From: Macrostomum lignano
Taxonomy: Eukaryota
Length of the DNA: 64,000 nucleotides
Direction of reading: 5' to 3'
Assembly: GCA_002269645.1 (NCBI GenBank)
Contig: NIVC01001497.1
Location: forward strand, 1 to 64,000
In this document: in pieces, positions 50,201 through 63,762 of the stretch
Numbering within the stretch: position 1 is the stretch's first letter
Layout of the letters: every line of letters begins with the position of its first letter
The notes under the pieces: generated by a model
The model's database searches: none
What the model was told of the DNA's origin: nothing
What the model saw: the letters and a program-made list of their open reading frames with translations, nothing else
Made by a program: the position numbers and the translations under genes

Positions 50201-53200
50201 ATAGGAGATCTAGGTGTAAAACAGCAAGCACAGGTTGTTTCAGCTTATTGGGTATTTGGTGCGTGCCAGTGCTCAGTAAATGCGGATTCCTCCTGGGCGC
50301 AAAGCGGCATTCCCAATGTTAATTAAGCTACGAGAAATGAGTTTTTGGTTCAGAATATTATACATTATATTCCTCCCGTGGGACATTCGAGAAACAGCCT
50401 ATCTAAGAAAGCAATCAACGTTAATTGAAAAAATTACGTTAAAAGCTCTTGGCTTAAACGATTTACGTAATTTCCTTATACTAATCCAGGCCTGCTTTCA
50501 GTGCGGCAAGCTTTTAGACTTGATTGGCGCGGTTTGAAAGGAAATGATAAATAAAGGAAATTTTAATGCAAGGAATCAAAGGACCTGTAGTGCTTGCATG
50601 ATGAATTGAAATAAACGCATGCTTTGATCAGGGGGGGGGGGAGGGCGGAGGTCTGACTAATTAGGTTCGTCAAAGTGTCCGAGTTCACGATTTTATGCCG
50701 ACTATCGCCTTGATAAATTCGACAGCGGCTCAAGGCCGATCTTGTTGCGAACTAAGTTGAATTTGATTGATTAATTAGCTGTCAGGTTTAGGATTTCCCC
50801 TCCTTTATAACAGATCGTAAGCTGTTAAAGTACGCGCTTATTTCATACGAATTATCCCTGAGGTTGTAGCCTAGTGGTCAGAGTGTCGGACTCACGAATG
50901 AAAGGTCTGGGGTTCGATTCTCGACCCACTCGGAACAATTTGTGTCCTTGAGCAAGACACTCAACTCTGCATTGCTTCAGTTCACCCAGCTGTAAAATGG
51001 GTGCCAGCATTAGCTGGGGTAATTGAGGGTGTGTGGCGACCCCCCAGTCCTTGGACTGAACAGCCGTACGCAGCCTTCAGATGCACCGCGCAATAGCTGC
51101 GGCTGAGCTGTGGTTGCACATCTGGCCACTAGGGCAGCCGGCAGGTGTAATCAATCATTATTATTATTATCACACCTGCCCGAACTCCTGCCAGCCGACC
51201 ATCACCGGCGCGGCGTCCAACACTCTGATGAACAGCATCAAGTCTGTGCGATCCATGCTGCGTCTGGGCGCCGGAGCACCCAGCGGAGGCGCCGGGCCAA
51301 GCGAGATCGCTGGAGGCGGCGGCGGCATGGGCTACAGCAACAGCACCCACGCCCTGCTGCTGAACAACCAGCAGCAGCAGCAGGTTCCGCAGCAGCCGCA
51401 GCACGAGCAGCAGCAGCATCGGGGCCAAAATGACTACGAATTTCGATTCCCTTACACGGATCTCATGACCTGGGCTGTGCTCTGCCGCCGCTACGAACTG
51501 GCCTGGTATTTTATGCAGTGCGGCGAAGATGTCATCGCCAAGGCCCTGTTCTCGGCCGCTCTGTTCCGCGCCATCATGACCCGCATTGATGAGGACGTTC
51601 ATGTGGAGTACTATCAGGTATTTGGAATAACTTATACTTATGATGATACTTTTAAGTGTCTTTCCCTGTCTGCGGTGTCTGGAATGGGATCATTCCTGCA
51701 GCTGATTTCCCCTGTCTGGAATGGGATCATTCCTGCAGCTGATTTCCCCTGTCTGGAATGGGATCATTCCTGCAGCTGATTTCCCTATCTGGAATGGGAT
51801 CATTCCTGCAGCTGATTTCCCCTATCTGGAATGGGATCATTCCTGCAGCTGATTTCCCTATCTGGAATGGGATCATTCCTGCAGCTGATTTCCCCTATCT
51901 GGAATGGGATCATTCCTGCAGCTGATTTCCCCTATCTGGAATGGGATCATTCCTGCAGCTGATTTCCCCTATCTGGAATGGGATCATTCCTGCAGCTGAT
52001 TTCCCCTATCTGGAATGGGATCATTCCTGCAGCTGATTTCCCCTATCTAGAATGGGATCATTCCTGCAGCTGATTTCCCTATCTGGAATGGGATCATTCC
52101 TGCAGCTGATTTCCCCTATCTGGAATGGGATCATTTCTGCAGCTGATTTCCCCTATCTGGAATGGGATCATTCCTGCAGCTGATTTCCCCTATCTGGAAT
52201 GGGATCATTCCTGCAGCTGATTTCCCCAATCTGGAATGGGATAATTCCTACAGCTGATTTCCCTATCTGGAATGGGATCATTCCTGCAGCTGATTTCCCC
52301 TATCTGGAATGGGATCATTCCTAGTATTTATCAAACTTACTCTTACTGATTTATGGGAAATTGGCTATGAACGGTTTATCCGCTTCTCCATAGTAACAAT
52401 AATTATATTCATTAAACCTTCCAACTACTGGTCGTTAGGCTTTCATTTCTTCCCGCGCTGCTAGAGATTGATTATGATTAGGAAGTTGCATTCGAGTCCT
52501 TTCTCGAACTTGCCTGTACTTGCAGGCCGTAAGGCCGTGCGTATTTCGGTGGATATTTCTGAATCATATTGAGAGGCGAACAGCTCTCTGCTCTAGAAAA
52601 TACTTTCTACATTAAGTGGGCTTTGAGTGCTCTCTCATATTCTCGGCTCCCCCTGTACGCAGGAACTGGAGTCCTGGTGCGACAAGTACGAAGCGGAGGC
52701 GCTGTCCATGCTGGAGCACTGCTACAAGTTCGATCCCAGATTAACTAGGAAGCTGGTCACCTATCAGCTAGCCGAGTTCGGCGGGCACACCTGCATGAGC
52801 CTGGCTTACACCTCGCGCAGTATGCTGTTCCTCAACCACGCCTGTCCCCAGATCATTCTCAACGATCTGTGGTACGGCGGAGTCCGCGAGACCGACGATC
52901 TCACCGGCCTCCGCGTGTTCGCCCTCTGCCTGGTGCTGCTGGCTTGCCCGCCGCTATTCTTCGCGCTGCTATTGTTCACCAATTTTGTCGAATTCAAAAG
53001 CCTGCAAGAGCTGCGCGATCAGCCGCAGACGCGCGACGAATTCGGCGATGTTGAATCTTCGTCGTCGTCTTCGTCTTCGTCGGGATCGTCAGTGTCGTCA
53101 AGAGACGCGGAGGCGAAGGCGCATCGAGTTGAACAGCAGGCTGATCAGCATCAAGCTTCGGCTGCTGCAGGCGCCGCCCCGGCCTCCTCGTTGCGTAATT

Positions 53201-56200
53201 TCATGCGTCAGGTTCCGGAGGAATCCCTTAGCGACAAAATCGACCGGCTGGGCTTGCAGAGTGGCGGCAGCGGCCAGGCCAATGCCAAAAAGTCCGGAGG
53301 TCGGGTGAACTTTGTGAACGAGCTGCCAATGACTACTATTGTGGCGCCGCAGGCTCAGCAGCACGCTGGCAAGACTGCCCAGCTGCCCAGAATTGGTGAG
53401 TCAGAGTTGATTTCTGTGCAAGTTCATTTGCTAACTCATTTTGAATGTATGCCGCACATTCTCTAAGCTAAAACATTGAACATTTCTTTGTATTCGGTTT
53501 AGTCATTTTTCTACTACTCAGCTCTTAATAGTATCCTTTTCAACTGCCATTTGGGCTCAAATAAACTCAAATTCAAGTGCTATTGGTGTCATTTTGAGCT
53601 TAAATAAACCGACTGGTGCCATTTTGAGCTCAAATAAACCAACTAGTGCCATTTTGAGCTCAAATAAACCAACTAGTGCCATTTTGAGCTCAAATGTACC
53701 GGTTGGTGCCATTTTGACCCCAAATAAACCGACTAGTGCCATTTGAGCTCAAATAAACCGACTAGTGCCATTTTGACCCCAAATAAACCGACTAGTGCCA
53801 TTTGAGCTCAAATAAACCGACTAGTGCCATTTTGAGCTCAAATAAACCGGTTGGTGCCATTTTGAGCTCAAATAAACCAACTAGTGCCATTTTGAGCTCA
53901 AATAAACCAACTAGTGCCATTTTGAGCTCAAATAAACCAACTAGTGCCATTTTGAGCTCAAATAAACCGGTTGGTGCCATTTTGAGCTCAAATAAACCCC
54001 TAGTGCCATTTTGAGCTCAAATAAACCAACTAGTGCCATTTTGAGCTCAAATAAACCAACTAGTGCCACTTTGAACTCAAATAAACTAACTAGTGCCATT
54101 TTGAGCTCAAATAAACCAACTAGTGCCATTTTGAGCTCAAATAAACCAAGTTGTGCCATTTTGAGCTCAAATAAACCAACTAGTGCCATTTTGAGCTCAA
54201 ATAAACTAACTAGTGCCATTTTCGAGCTCAAATAAACCAACTAGTGCCATTTTGAGCTCAAATAAACCAACTAGTGCCATTTTAAGCTCAAATAAACCGG
54301 TTGGTGTCATTTTGAGCTCAAATAAACCAACTAGTGCCATTTTGACCCCAAATAAACCAACTAGTGCCATTTTGAGCTCAAATAAACCGGTTGGTGCCAT
54401 TTTGACCCCAAATAAACCAACTAGTGCCATTTTGACCCCAAATAAACCAACTAGTCAACTAAACCAACATTTTGAGCTCAAATAAACCAAGTAGTGCCAT
54501 TTTGAACTCAAATAAACTAACTAGTGCCATTTTGAGCTCAAATAGACTAACTAGTACCATTTTGAGCTCAAATAAACCAACTAGTGCCATTTTGAGCTCA
54601 AATAAACTAACTAGTGCCATTTTCGAGCTCAAATAAACCAACTAGTGCCATTTTGAACTCAAATAAACTAACTAGTGCCATTTTGAGCTCAAATAGACTA
54701 ACTAGTACCATTTTGAGCTCAAATAAACCAACTAGTGCCATTTTGAGCTCAAATAAACTAACTAGTGCCATTTTCGAGCTCAAATAAACCAACTAGTGCC
54801 ATTTTGAACTCAAATAAACCAACTAGTGCCATTTTGAGCTCAAATAAACCAACTAGTGCCATTTTCGAGCTCAAATAAACCAACTAGTGCCATTTTGAGC
54901 TCAAATAAACCGGTTGGTGTCATTTTGAGCTCAAATAAACCGGTTGGTGTCATTTTGAGCTCAAATAAACCAACTAGTGCCATTTTGAGATCAAATAAAC
55001 CAACTAGTGCCATTTTGAGCTCAAATAAACCAACTAGTGCCATTTTGAGCTCAAATAAACCAACTAGTGCCATTTTGAGCTCAAATAAACCAACTAGTGC
55101 CATTTTGAGCTTAAATAAACCAACTAGTGCCATTTTGAGCTCAAATAAACCGACTGGTGCCATTTTGAGCTCAAATAAACCAACTAGTGCCATTTTGAGC
55201 TCAAATAAACCAACTAGTGCCATTTTGAGCTCAAATGTACCGGTTGGTGCCATTTTGACCCCAAATAAACCGACTAGTGCCATTTGAGCTCAAATAAACC
55301 GACTAGTGCCATTTTGAGCTCAAATAAACCGGTTGGTGCCATTTTGAGCTCAAATAAACCAACTAGTGCCATTTTGAGCTCAAATAAACCGGTTGGTGCC
55401 ATTTTGAGCTCAAATAAACCAACTAGTGCCATTTTGAGCTCAAATAAACCGACTAGTGCCATTTTGACCCCAAATAAACCAACTAGTGCCATTTTGACCC
55501 CAAATAAACCGACTAGTGCCATTTTGACCCCAAATAAACCGACTAGTGCCATTTTGACCCCAAATAAACCAACTAGTGCCATTTTGACCCCAAATAAACC
55601 GACTAGTGCCATTTTGACCCCAAATAAACCAACTAGTGCCATTTTGACCCCAAATAAACCAACTAGTGCCATTTTGACCCCAAATAAACCGACTAGTACC
55701 ATTTTGAGCTCAAATAAACCAACTAGTGCCATTTTGAGCTCAAGTAAACCCATGACTGAATATAAAGCATTTGTGTTTTTAGTTTATCATCATTCATATT
55801 CACAGAATCCGTTATTACACATTTTTAACCGTAAATTTATTTTAAATCCTATAAAATTTCTCAAGAATTTAGGCGCATGTTATTCATACTGTGCGTGACT
55901 CTAAGCATACAGAATGCGCGCATGTGATTGAGATTCGACAATTGTTGGAATCGGTAAATTGCAATAGCCAAAAACCCACCAGAGTTATTCATCGGACCAA
56001 ATGTTAACACGTTTAATGCTGCATGTTTTCATTAACTAGTATTGTCTAACATTTTTAATCGTATTTTCTATTGAAAGTAATATGATTGCGCATTGTTTTT
56101 AATTTTACCGCTGTTTTAGTCGTCTGATATCTTAAGTTTATCTACTCGTAGCCTTACTGTGTGCTTGTTCCAGCTCGTTAACCCATAATCCATAGACGGT

Positions 56201-57970
56201 TTATTTATTATCGAAAACAAGTTCTCCTCCGACACTACGTGACCGCCCCGTGCATCCCATTGTTCGCTCCAGGCAGCTCAGGCGGCGGCCGCGCCGGCGC
56301 CTCCTCCAGCCTGCACTTCCCTATGAAGGACTCGGAGTACTCCGGCTATCAGAACTACCACACCAGGGGGCCGCAGCCGCAGCACAGCCGCTTGGACCGG
56401 CTGCCATATCGGATGCGAGTGTCCGAGTTCTTTAGCGCTCCCATCACCCGCTATTGGATTCACCTCATCACCTATGCCATCTTTATTGTGTCATTTTTTT
56501 CCTACGTGCTTGTTGTGCTACCCGAGAGTAGGTACGTTCGTTGCCATGGTGATTGCGCTCGAATTTTCCCCTGATTCTCATCCCTGATTCCCTGATCCCT
56601 TTTTCCCCTTATCCCCTGATCCCTTGGTCCCTTATCCCCTTCCCATGATCCTTGATCCCCTGATCCCTTATCCCTTATCCCCTTCCCATGATCCTTGATC
56701 CCCTGATCCCTTATCCCTTATCCCCTTCCCATGATCCTTGATCCCCTGATCCCTTATCCCTTATCCCCTTCCCATGATCCTTGATTCCCTGATCCCTTAT
56801 CCCCTGACCCCTTATCCCCTGATCCCTTGGTCCCTTATCCCCTTTCCATGATCCCTGATCCCCTGATCCCCAAATCCCTGACCACTTATCCCCTGATCCC
56901 TTATCCCTTATCCCCTTCCCATGATCCCATGATCCCTGATCCCCTTATCCCTTGATGCCTTATCCTAATCCCCTCAGTCTCATTTATCCCAGAGCCCTCA
57001 CCCCAATCACTGCATATTCACATGTACTTTCGGTCGTTCCTCGCCGCCAGATTCGTGTGGCAGGAGTACCTGGTATTCGCCTACATCGTGTCCTACGCTC
57101 TAGACAAAGTTCGCGAGATATCCAATTGCAACGGCCTGACACTGCGAGTGAAGTTGCAAGTACACCTGTCCGATCTGTGGAATATCTACGACTTGTGCAT
57201 CTGCGCTTTCTCTCTGGTCGGCATCGCCCTCCGAGTTGCTTCAGTTCACAGCGTGAACGGCGCCGCCGCTGACAACAGCAGCTTTGTCGGTTTCTACACC
57301 AATTATAGCCTGTTGTTGCTAGGCAACGGGTCCGGCCTTGGCGACGCCCACTCGGAATTTGCTCGCCAATTTTACGTGTTCTTTTGTTCGCACAATATCA
57401 TGGTTATCTCTCTGGCACTGTGGCTGCTGCGCATATTCGAAGTGCTAATTAACTGGAAGCACCTGGGCCCCTATTTGTACATGGTGGCAACCATGATCAG
57501 CAAGATGCTGCCTCCCGTGGTGATTATCTTTATTCCCCTGTGCGCGTTCGGCATCGTGCGCCAGGGTATCCAGTATCCGCAGTACAATACCTTCAACATT
57601 ACCGTGCTCAAAGGCGTACTGCTCAAGCCTTATTTTATGCTATACGGCGAGGTCTACGCCGGAGAAATCGATCCGGACGAATGGACCGGCCTGGAGTCTC
57701 TCATGCCACTTAGATGCGTGGTGCCAATAGCCATGGTCATCTTCCTGCTCGTGGCCGTTATCGTGTGCATCAGCATTATCATTGCCGTGTTTAACGACGT
57801 CTACCATGAGGTGCACGAGAAGTCTAAACAGGTGTACAAATATCTCCGATTCTCTATTATTATCGAATACGAATCTATGCCAATGTTTCCGCCGCCATTG
57901 ACGCTGGTGTCTTGGATCTTCTTGACTGTCAGATGGCTCTATCATAAGCGCTGCAGATTCTGGGGCTGCG

Positions 57971-58001
<31 letters not shown>

Positions 58002-60949
58002 CGGTACGAGTATAACAATAATTGGGGGTAGCAGGTCACTGAGGGGTCGAGTTGTAGCAGGTCACTGACTGAGGGGTCGAGTGTAGCAGGTCACTGACTG
58101 AGGGATCGAGTGTAGCAGGTCACTGACTGAGGGGTCGAGTGTAGCAGGTCACTGACTGAGGGATCGAGTGTAGCATGTCACTGACTGAGGGGTCGAGTTG
58201 TAGCAGGTCACTGACTGAGGGATTGGGGATAGCAGGTCACTGACTGAGGGGTCGAGTGTAGCAGGTCACTGACTGAGGGATCGAGTGTAGCATGTCACTG
58301 ACTGAGGGGTCGAGTTGTAGCAGGTCACTGACTGAGGGATTGGGGATAGCAGGTCACTGACTGAGGGTCGAGTGTAGCAGGTCACTGACTGAGGGGTCGA
58401 GTGTAGCAGGTCACTGACTGAGGGGTCGAGTGTAGCAGGTCACTGGATGAGGGGTCGAGTGTAGCAGGTCACTGACTGAGGGGTCGAGTGTAGCAGGTCA
58501 CTGAATGAGGGGTCGAGTGTAGCAGGTCACTGGATGAGGGGTCGAGTGTAGCAGGTCACTGAATGAGGGGTCGAGTGTAGCAGGACACTGACTGAGGGGT
58601 CGAGTGTAGCAGGTCACTGAATGAGGGGTCGAGTGTAGCAGGACACTGACTGAGGGGTCGAGTGTAGCAGGTCACTGAATGAGGGGTCGAGTGTAGCAGG
58701 ACACTGACTGAGGGATCGAGTGTAGCAGGTCACTGGATGAGGGGTCGAGTGTAGCAGGTCACTGAATGAGGGGTCGAGTGTAGCAGGTCACTGAATGAGG
58801 GGTCGAGTGTAGCAGGTCACTGACTGAGGGGTCGAGTGTAGCAGGTCACTGACTGAGGGGTCGAGTGTAGCAGGTCACTGACTGAGGGGTCGAGTGTAGC
58901 AGGTCACTGGATGAGGGGTCGAGTGTAGCAGGTCACTGAATGAGGGGTCGAGTGTAGCAGGACACTGACTGAGGGATCGAGTGTAGCAGGTCACTGAATG
59001 AGGGGTCGAGTGTAGCAGGACACTGACTGAGGGATCGAGTGTAGCAGGTCACTGAATGAGGGGTCGAGTGTAGCAGGTCACTGAATGAGGGGTCGAGTGT
59101 AGCAGGTCACTGAATGAGGGATTGGGGATAGCAGGTCACTGACTGAGGGGTCGAGTGTAGCAGGTCACTGACTGAGGGGTTGGGGTAGCAGGAGGCTTAC
59201 TAACTGATATTTCCAACGAACTTCCTCGCGCTCCAGTCAGCGCCGCTGAATCTACTATCGCCGGCGACGGCGAAGAGAACCGGGTGCACCTGATCACCTC
59301 GCTGAAGCTGTTCCTCAAGCAGGACGAAATCGAGGACCTGCAGGACTTCGAGGAGGAATGCGTCCAGGACTTCCTGCTGAGCCAGACTCGGGCCCAGCGA
59401 GAGAAGCTGGACCACCGGATAGCTGCCACCAACCAGCTGGCGGAGAACACGGCCCTCCGGCTTGAGGACATGATCCAGCGTCAATCCGTCATCAAGCAGA
59501 TGCTTCAGGTGGTGGATCAGCGAATTTGCACCGGCGGCCCAGGCGGCTGCGGCAGCAACGCGACAGCTACGGCGGCAGCAGCGGCAGCCGCAGCAGCTGC
59601 TGTCACGACCGCTAGCCCGCCTGCGGCTGCTGCTGCTGCTGCTGAGCCTGGCGGAGGAGCAAACGGAGTCGCCGAGGCGATGCTGGAGCGTCTGGCTGAA
59701 GCCGACGTGCCGGGCAACGAGTCGGTCAGCGCCGCTGTGGCTGCCGCTGCTGCCGCCGCCGCTACCTCAGCCGCAGCCGCAGTCGCTGGTGCCGGCAATC
59801 CGAATGGCAGCGGCATCAGCAGCCGGCTTGGCGGGTCAGGGCGGCAGAGGTTTAACTCCTCAAGGCACAGGCACCTGTCCAGGCAAAGGTGAGTCACTGA
59901 ATTCACTCATCTTCAGGGGGGTATATTTATAACTTTTTTGTGGAATAATTTTCGGTGCTAGATTGAACTACTCAATAAGTGGTAATCCAAGTATGCCCAC
60001 TGTTTAATATTTCAACCTCTCTAGGTCGCTCTCGCTCACTGAAAGCAAGCATCGCCAACAGCAGCAGGCGTCCCGCCGATCTCCGCACGTCAGCGGCGGC
60101 AGTGCCGGCGGCGGCGCCGCCAGCGTGACACTGTCGGAGGAGGCGGTCGCGGGTGCCACGTCGCTGACTCAGCCCGACACGCCAGACGCGACTATGCCGG
60201 ACCAGACTACACCGCTGCTGGACACTGGCTACGGCATCAGCGGTGGCGGTGGCGGCGGCAGCAGCTCGCAGATGCTTCGTCTGCTATCGGCAACCAACGC
60301 CCCGGAGGAGTACACCAGCATCTGCGATGGCATCGAGGTGCCGCTGCCGATCACTGAGCCACCTAGTCCGCCTTCCCCTGCCAGTGTCGGTGTGCAGCAA
60401 CCCGTCGACACTGCCAACGCCGGGGGAAGCGGAGGAGGAGCAGCAGGCGGAGCTGTCGAAGCGATGGACATCGGCGATCGGTCGAGCCTAGCCGACGTCG
60501 AGCCTCGCGGAAACGGCGTTGGGATCGCGTTTAGCGACGTCGGCGCCGCCGGCCAGACCCTGGAGGCGATGCTGCGCAACGCCGAGGAGGCCGAGCGGCT
60601 GGCCATGGGGCCGGCATTGAAGCGGCGACTCCGCCAGCTCAGCTGCACAGGGGCGGCGGAGTCCGCGCCCGCACCGGACGTCGACGATCTGAGCTTGGCG
60701 GCGGCCACCGCTCCAGTCGGCGGTTTAGACTCCGCCGGGGTGACCGCCTCCGAGTCGTTGATTAACATCGTTGAGGAGGTGATGGAGCATCTCACAGACG
60801 TGGCCAGCGGCGTAGGCGAAGATGTCGAGGAGCTGGAGGAGCGGCACCGCGTCGATGACTCTGAGGACGCCGATTCCTCAGACGGCGGCCCGTTGATGAT
60901 TCGGCCGCCTTCCTCCCTCAAGGACGCGGAGCCGGGCGGATCGCTCTGA
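46296..60949 (+). CDS. trpm: TRPM-family cation channel (TRPM1/3/7-like, no kinase or NUDT9 domain), 9 coding exons, ~1886 aa
   Basis: Exons 46296-46840, 47288-47756, 48468-49169, 51195-51617, 52663-53395, 56273-56531, 57051-58003, 59237-59888, 60025-60949 sum to 5661 nt, all in phase. MHR motifs ([38 protein letters not shown]); S4-S5 HLGPY; pore [15 protein letters not shown]; [12 protein letters not shown]; coiled coil LQDFEEECV; C-terminal EEYTSICD. Confidence 0.93.
46855..47222. repeat. (TCTG)n microsatellite in TRPM intron 1
   Basis: About 90 tctg units with minor interruptions. Confidence 0.98.
47870..48300. repeat. Degenerate tgat/gatccag-rich tandem repeat in TRPM intron 2
   Basis: Recurrent tgattgatt..tgatccagtgat. 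Confidence 0.85.
49215..50110. repeat. Degenerate ~35-40 bp repeat in TRPM intron 3
   Basis: Recurrent atctaggatgagattagagatctgtggtgggat; CpG-poor. Confidence 0.85.
50860..51170 (+). mobile_element. tRNA-derived CORE-type SINE, copy 1
   Basis: A-box tgtagcctagtggtcagagt; B-box ggttcgattc; core tgtgtccttgagcaagacactcaactctgcattgcttcagttcacccagctgtaaaatgggt, which aligns by eye to the MIR CORE; (ATT)n tail. Confidence 0.8.
51675..52322. repeat. 37-bp minisatellite in TRPM intron 4
   Basis: Unit ctggaatgggatcattcctgcagctgatttcccct(a/g)t, about 17 copies. Confidence 0.96.
53580..55750. repeat. 30-bp minisatellite in TRPM intron 5 (~70 copies)
   Basis: Unit ttttgagctcaaataaaccaactagtgcca with a palindromic tttgagctcaaa core. 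Confidence 0.97.
56575..56960. repeat. Pyrimidine-rich degenerate repeat in TRPM intron 6
   Basis: Units tccctgatccc / tcccttatccc. Confidence 0.9.
58030..59190. repeat. 29-bp minisatellite in TRPM intron 7 (~40 copies)
   Basis: Unit gtcactgactgaggggtcgagtgtagcag. Confidence 0.96.
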
Positions 60950-61312
60950 TCCATCTATGTGCTTAGTATATACTCGTATGTGCCTAGTGGCTGCTTGGAT
61001 TGCTAATCTAGCCAATTATATTGTTTCTGCATCCATTTGTTGCTGGGATTAGCAATGCTGCTATAAAGCTTATCGAGCTATATACTAAATATATTACTTT
61101 ATTACCGCATTTTTACCACTTAAAGCAGTTGATAACTACTACTACTAGTAGCAATATAACTTATTACAAATCCGAATGCCATACTACACCAGTGAAATCA
61201 TGCAGGCGAGAAGTGCCTGAAGATTGGATTGGATTGAGTAATGAAACTAAATTTTTTTGAGCTTTCCATACCATGGAATCTGGTCGAAAATACATTGAAT
61301 ACATTGAAAAAG

Positions 61313-61616
61313 ATAATAATAATAATCATTAATAAATACCTGCCCTAATGGCCAGATGTGCAACCGACAGCTCAGCCGCAGCTATCGCGCGGCGCATCTG
61401 AAGGCTGCGTACGGCTGTTCAGTCCAAGGACTGGGGGGTCGCCACACAGCCTCAGTTACCCCAGCTAATGCTGGCACCCATTTTACAGCTGGGTGAACTG
61501 AAGCAATGCAGAGTTGTGTCTTGCTCGAGGACACAAATTGTTCCGAGTGGGTCGAGAATCGAACCCCCAACCTACCAGTCGTGAGTCGAGCACTTACATC
61601 ACTAGGCTACAACCCC
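61313..61616 (-). mobile_element. tRNA-derived CORE-type SINE, copy 2 (inverted relative to copy 1)
   Basis: Reverse complement aligns along its whole length with 50860-51170, including the (ATT)n tail. Confidence 0.8.
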
Positions 61617-62599
61617 TTCTTAATTAAATTATGGAACATAAGAGATTATTACTAAATAAATTTCCACGCGTATTGTTAATCAGTATGATTTCATTGTCTG
61701 CCTCTCTTTATTTAGAGCTGAAAGTTAAACAATTTACATAATGCAATGTCTATTACGCCAGTGACTACTGATAGTAGTAAGCTCAGGATAAGAGCACAAA
61801 AATTTAATTTTTAATTAGTAGAAGTGATTGAATGATTGACTGCAAATTTGCTTTTTTTAATCTTGAAACAATCTGAAAACTTTCTCCCTACACTACTATT
61901 AGTACTCGGGCGTTACTGCTGAGCTGCAAAGCTGCTGAGTTATGTATTCTGGTTTCCAAGATCTCCACTATTATGCATAAATATGTCTATTATTTTCTGA
62001 TTGTCCCGATTTTCAATTACTAAACTCGCATTCAATCGACCTGCTCGTGCGCGTCCACTTTTACCTGCTTTATTAGTTTTCTTTCATCCTTTTTTACTCC
62101 CTGTTTGCCTTTCCTTGGTTGCTCGTTAATTATATACAAACTATTAACATTATTACTGATTTTTAATTTAACATTTAACAGCTCATCAGGAGAACTATAA
62201 TTTGCCAAATAAATATCGCATGCTGTTCAGCCTGATTTGGCGGTACACTTCTCTCACTCTATACACATTATATATAACCCAATTGCAGTGTCTGCGGAAG
62301 CTTATTTTTTCTGATTTTTGACCGACAATCTCTCTTACTAGTTGGTTGGCGCACTTCTTGTGTGTTCCTGTCTATTTGATGAACCTGTTACTGGTGCTGA
62401 TGCTAATCTTGAATGTTTAATTTTTTACTAATAACACGCGCTACTTGCTACTATTTTGTTTTGTCACTTTTTTCTACTGCTTTTCCCGTTTGCATTATAA
62501 GTATTTTTAGCTGGCATTGTTGGATTGTCTGAAGCTGGATTCGTATCTGGTGGCTCTAGCAGCCATTCTTACCTCTGACCTATCTGTCATCTCATCTCT

Positions 62600-63120
62600 T
62601 TTCTCTCCCTGTCTCATCTCTCGATCAGTCTCGTCCCTCCGTGTCTCATCTCTACAACATTCTCATGTCTCCGTGTGTCATCTCTACATCATTCTCATGT
62701 CTCCGTGTGTCATCTCTACATCATTGTCATATCTACGTATCTCATCTCTATATCATTCTCATGTCTCCGTGTGTCATCTCTACATCATTCTCATGTCTCC
62801 GTGTCTCATCTCTATATCATTCTCATGTCTCCGTGTGTCATCTCTACATCATTCTCATGTCTCCGTGTCTCATCTCTATATCATTCTCATGTCTCCGTGT
62901 GTCATCTCTACATCATTTTCATGTCTCCGTGTCTCATCTCTATATCATTCTCATGTCTCCGTGTGTCATCTCTACATCATTTTCATGTCTCCGTGTCTCA
63001 TCTCTATATCATTCTCATGTCTCCGTGTGTCATCTCTACATCATTCTCATGTCTCCGTGTCTCATCTCTATATCATTCTCATGTCTCGGGTATTATCTCT
63101 CCATCATTTTCATCTCTCCC
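62600..63120. repeat. 32-bp minisatellite
   Basis: Unit catctcta(c/t)atcattctcatgtctccgtgt(g/c)t, about 15 copies. Confidence 0.95.
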
Positions 63121-63762
63121 TCATCTCCCTTGCACCGTAGCTCTAATCCCTCGAATTACAATTTGTTCCAGTGCAGCCTATCAAGCAGTGGAGCATTCAT
63201 CACGGTTTCGAAAAATTGCGTCAATTCTGCTTTGATTACTAATTTAGCGAGCTGCACTACCTTTAGCTGACTCAATGAATTAATCACACATTGTTATTTT
63301 TTAACCTAGCATTCTATAGTGGTATTATACTCGTAAAATATACAAGAAACCAAGCTGATTATTAATATTCAATTTGACGCTTTGTATTTACCTAAGTTTT
63401 TCTTGGTTAATACACGCATTATCTTGCTACTTTTTAGCGTAAAATTGTCTTATTGCTACTAGCTATTAGTAGCAAGAACGACATGTTATGAAATTTTATA
63501 TTACACATATCAAGCATAAATATAAACTTTACTTAGGGAATTTTGTAAAACAGTTGTTTCACTTTTGTTAATACGAGTATATACCCAGGCAAATAGACTA
63601 ATGAACAGAACCTAATGCTTTCTTGAGTCGATAGTTATTATTTAAAACCGCCTTGTTTGTTCATGATAAGCTATAAGTTGGTATTTTTTATATATTTACT
63701 AAAAATCAACAAAGACCTGCTATTACCACTTGAAGCAACAAAGACGCTATAGAATCCAAGCC

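Noticed and set aside
50860-50935. Possible tRNA gene (also at 15591, 36715, 40790 and 61540)
   Set aside because: A and B boxes are present but there is no full cloverleaf, and each continues into a SINE body or tail.
51081-51194. N-terminal part of the 232-aa ORF as TRPM coding sequence
   Set aside because: It derives from the SINE 3-prime end; the in-phase acceptor is at 51195.
53580-55750. CRISPR-like regular ~30-bp repeats with palindromic cores
   Set aside because: Units are head-to-tail with no unique spacers, there are no cas genes, and the context is a eukaryotic intron.
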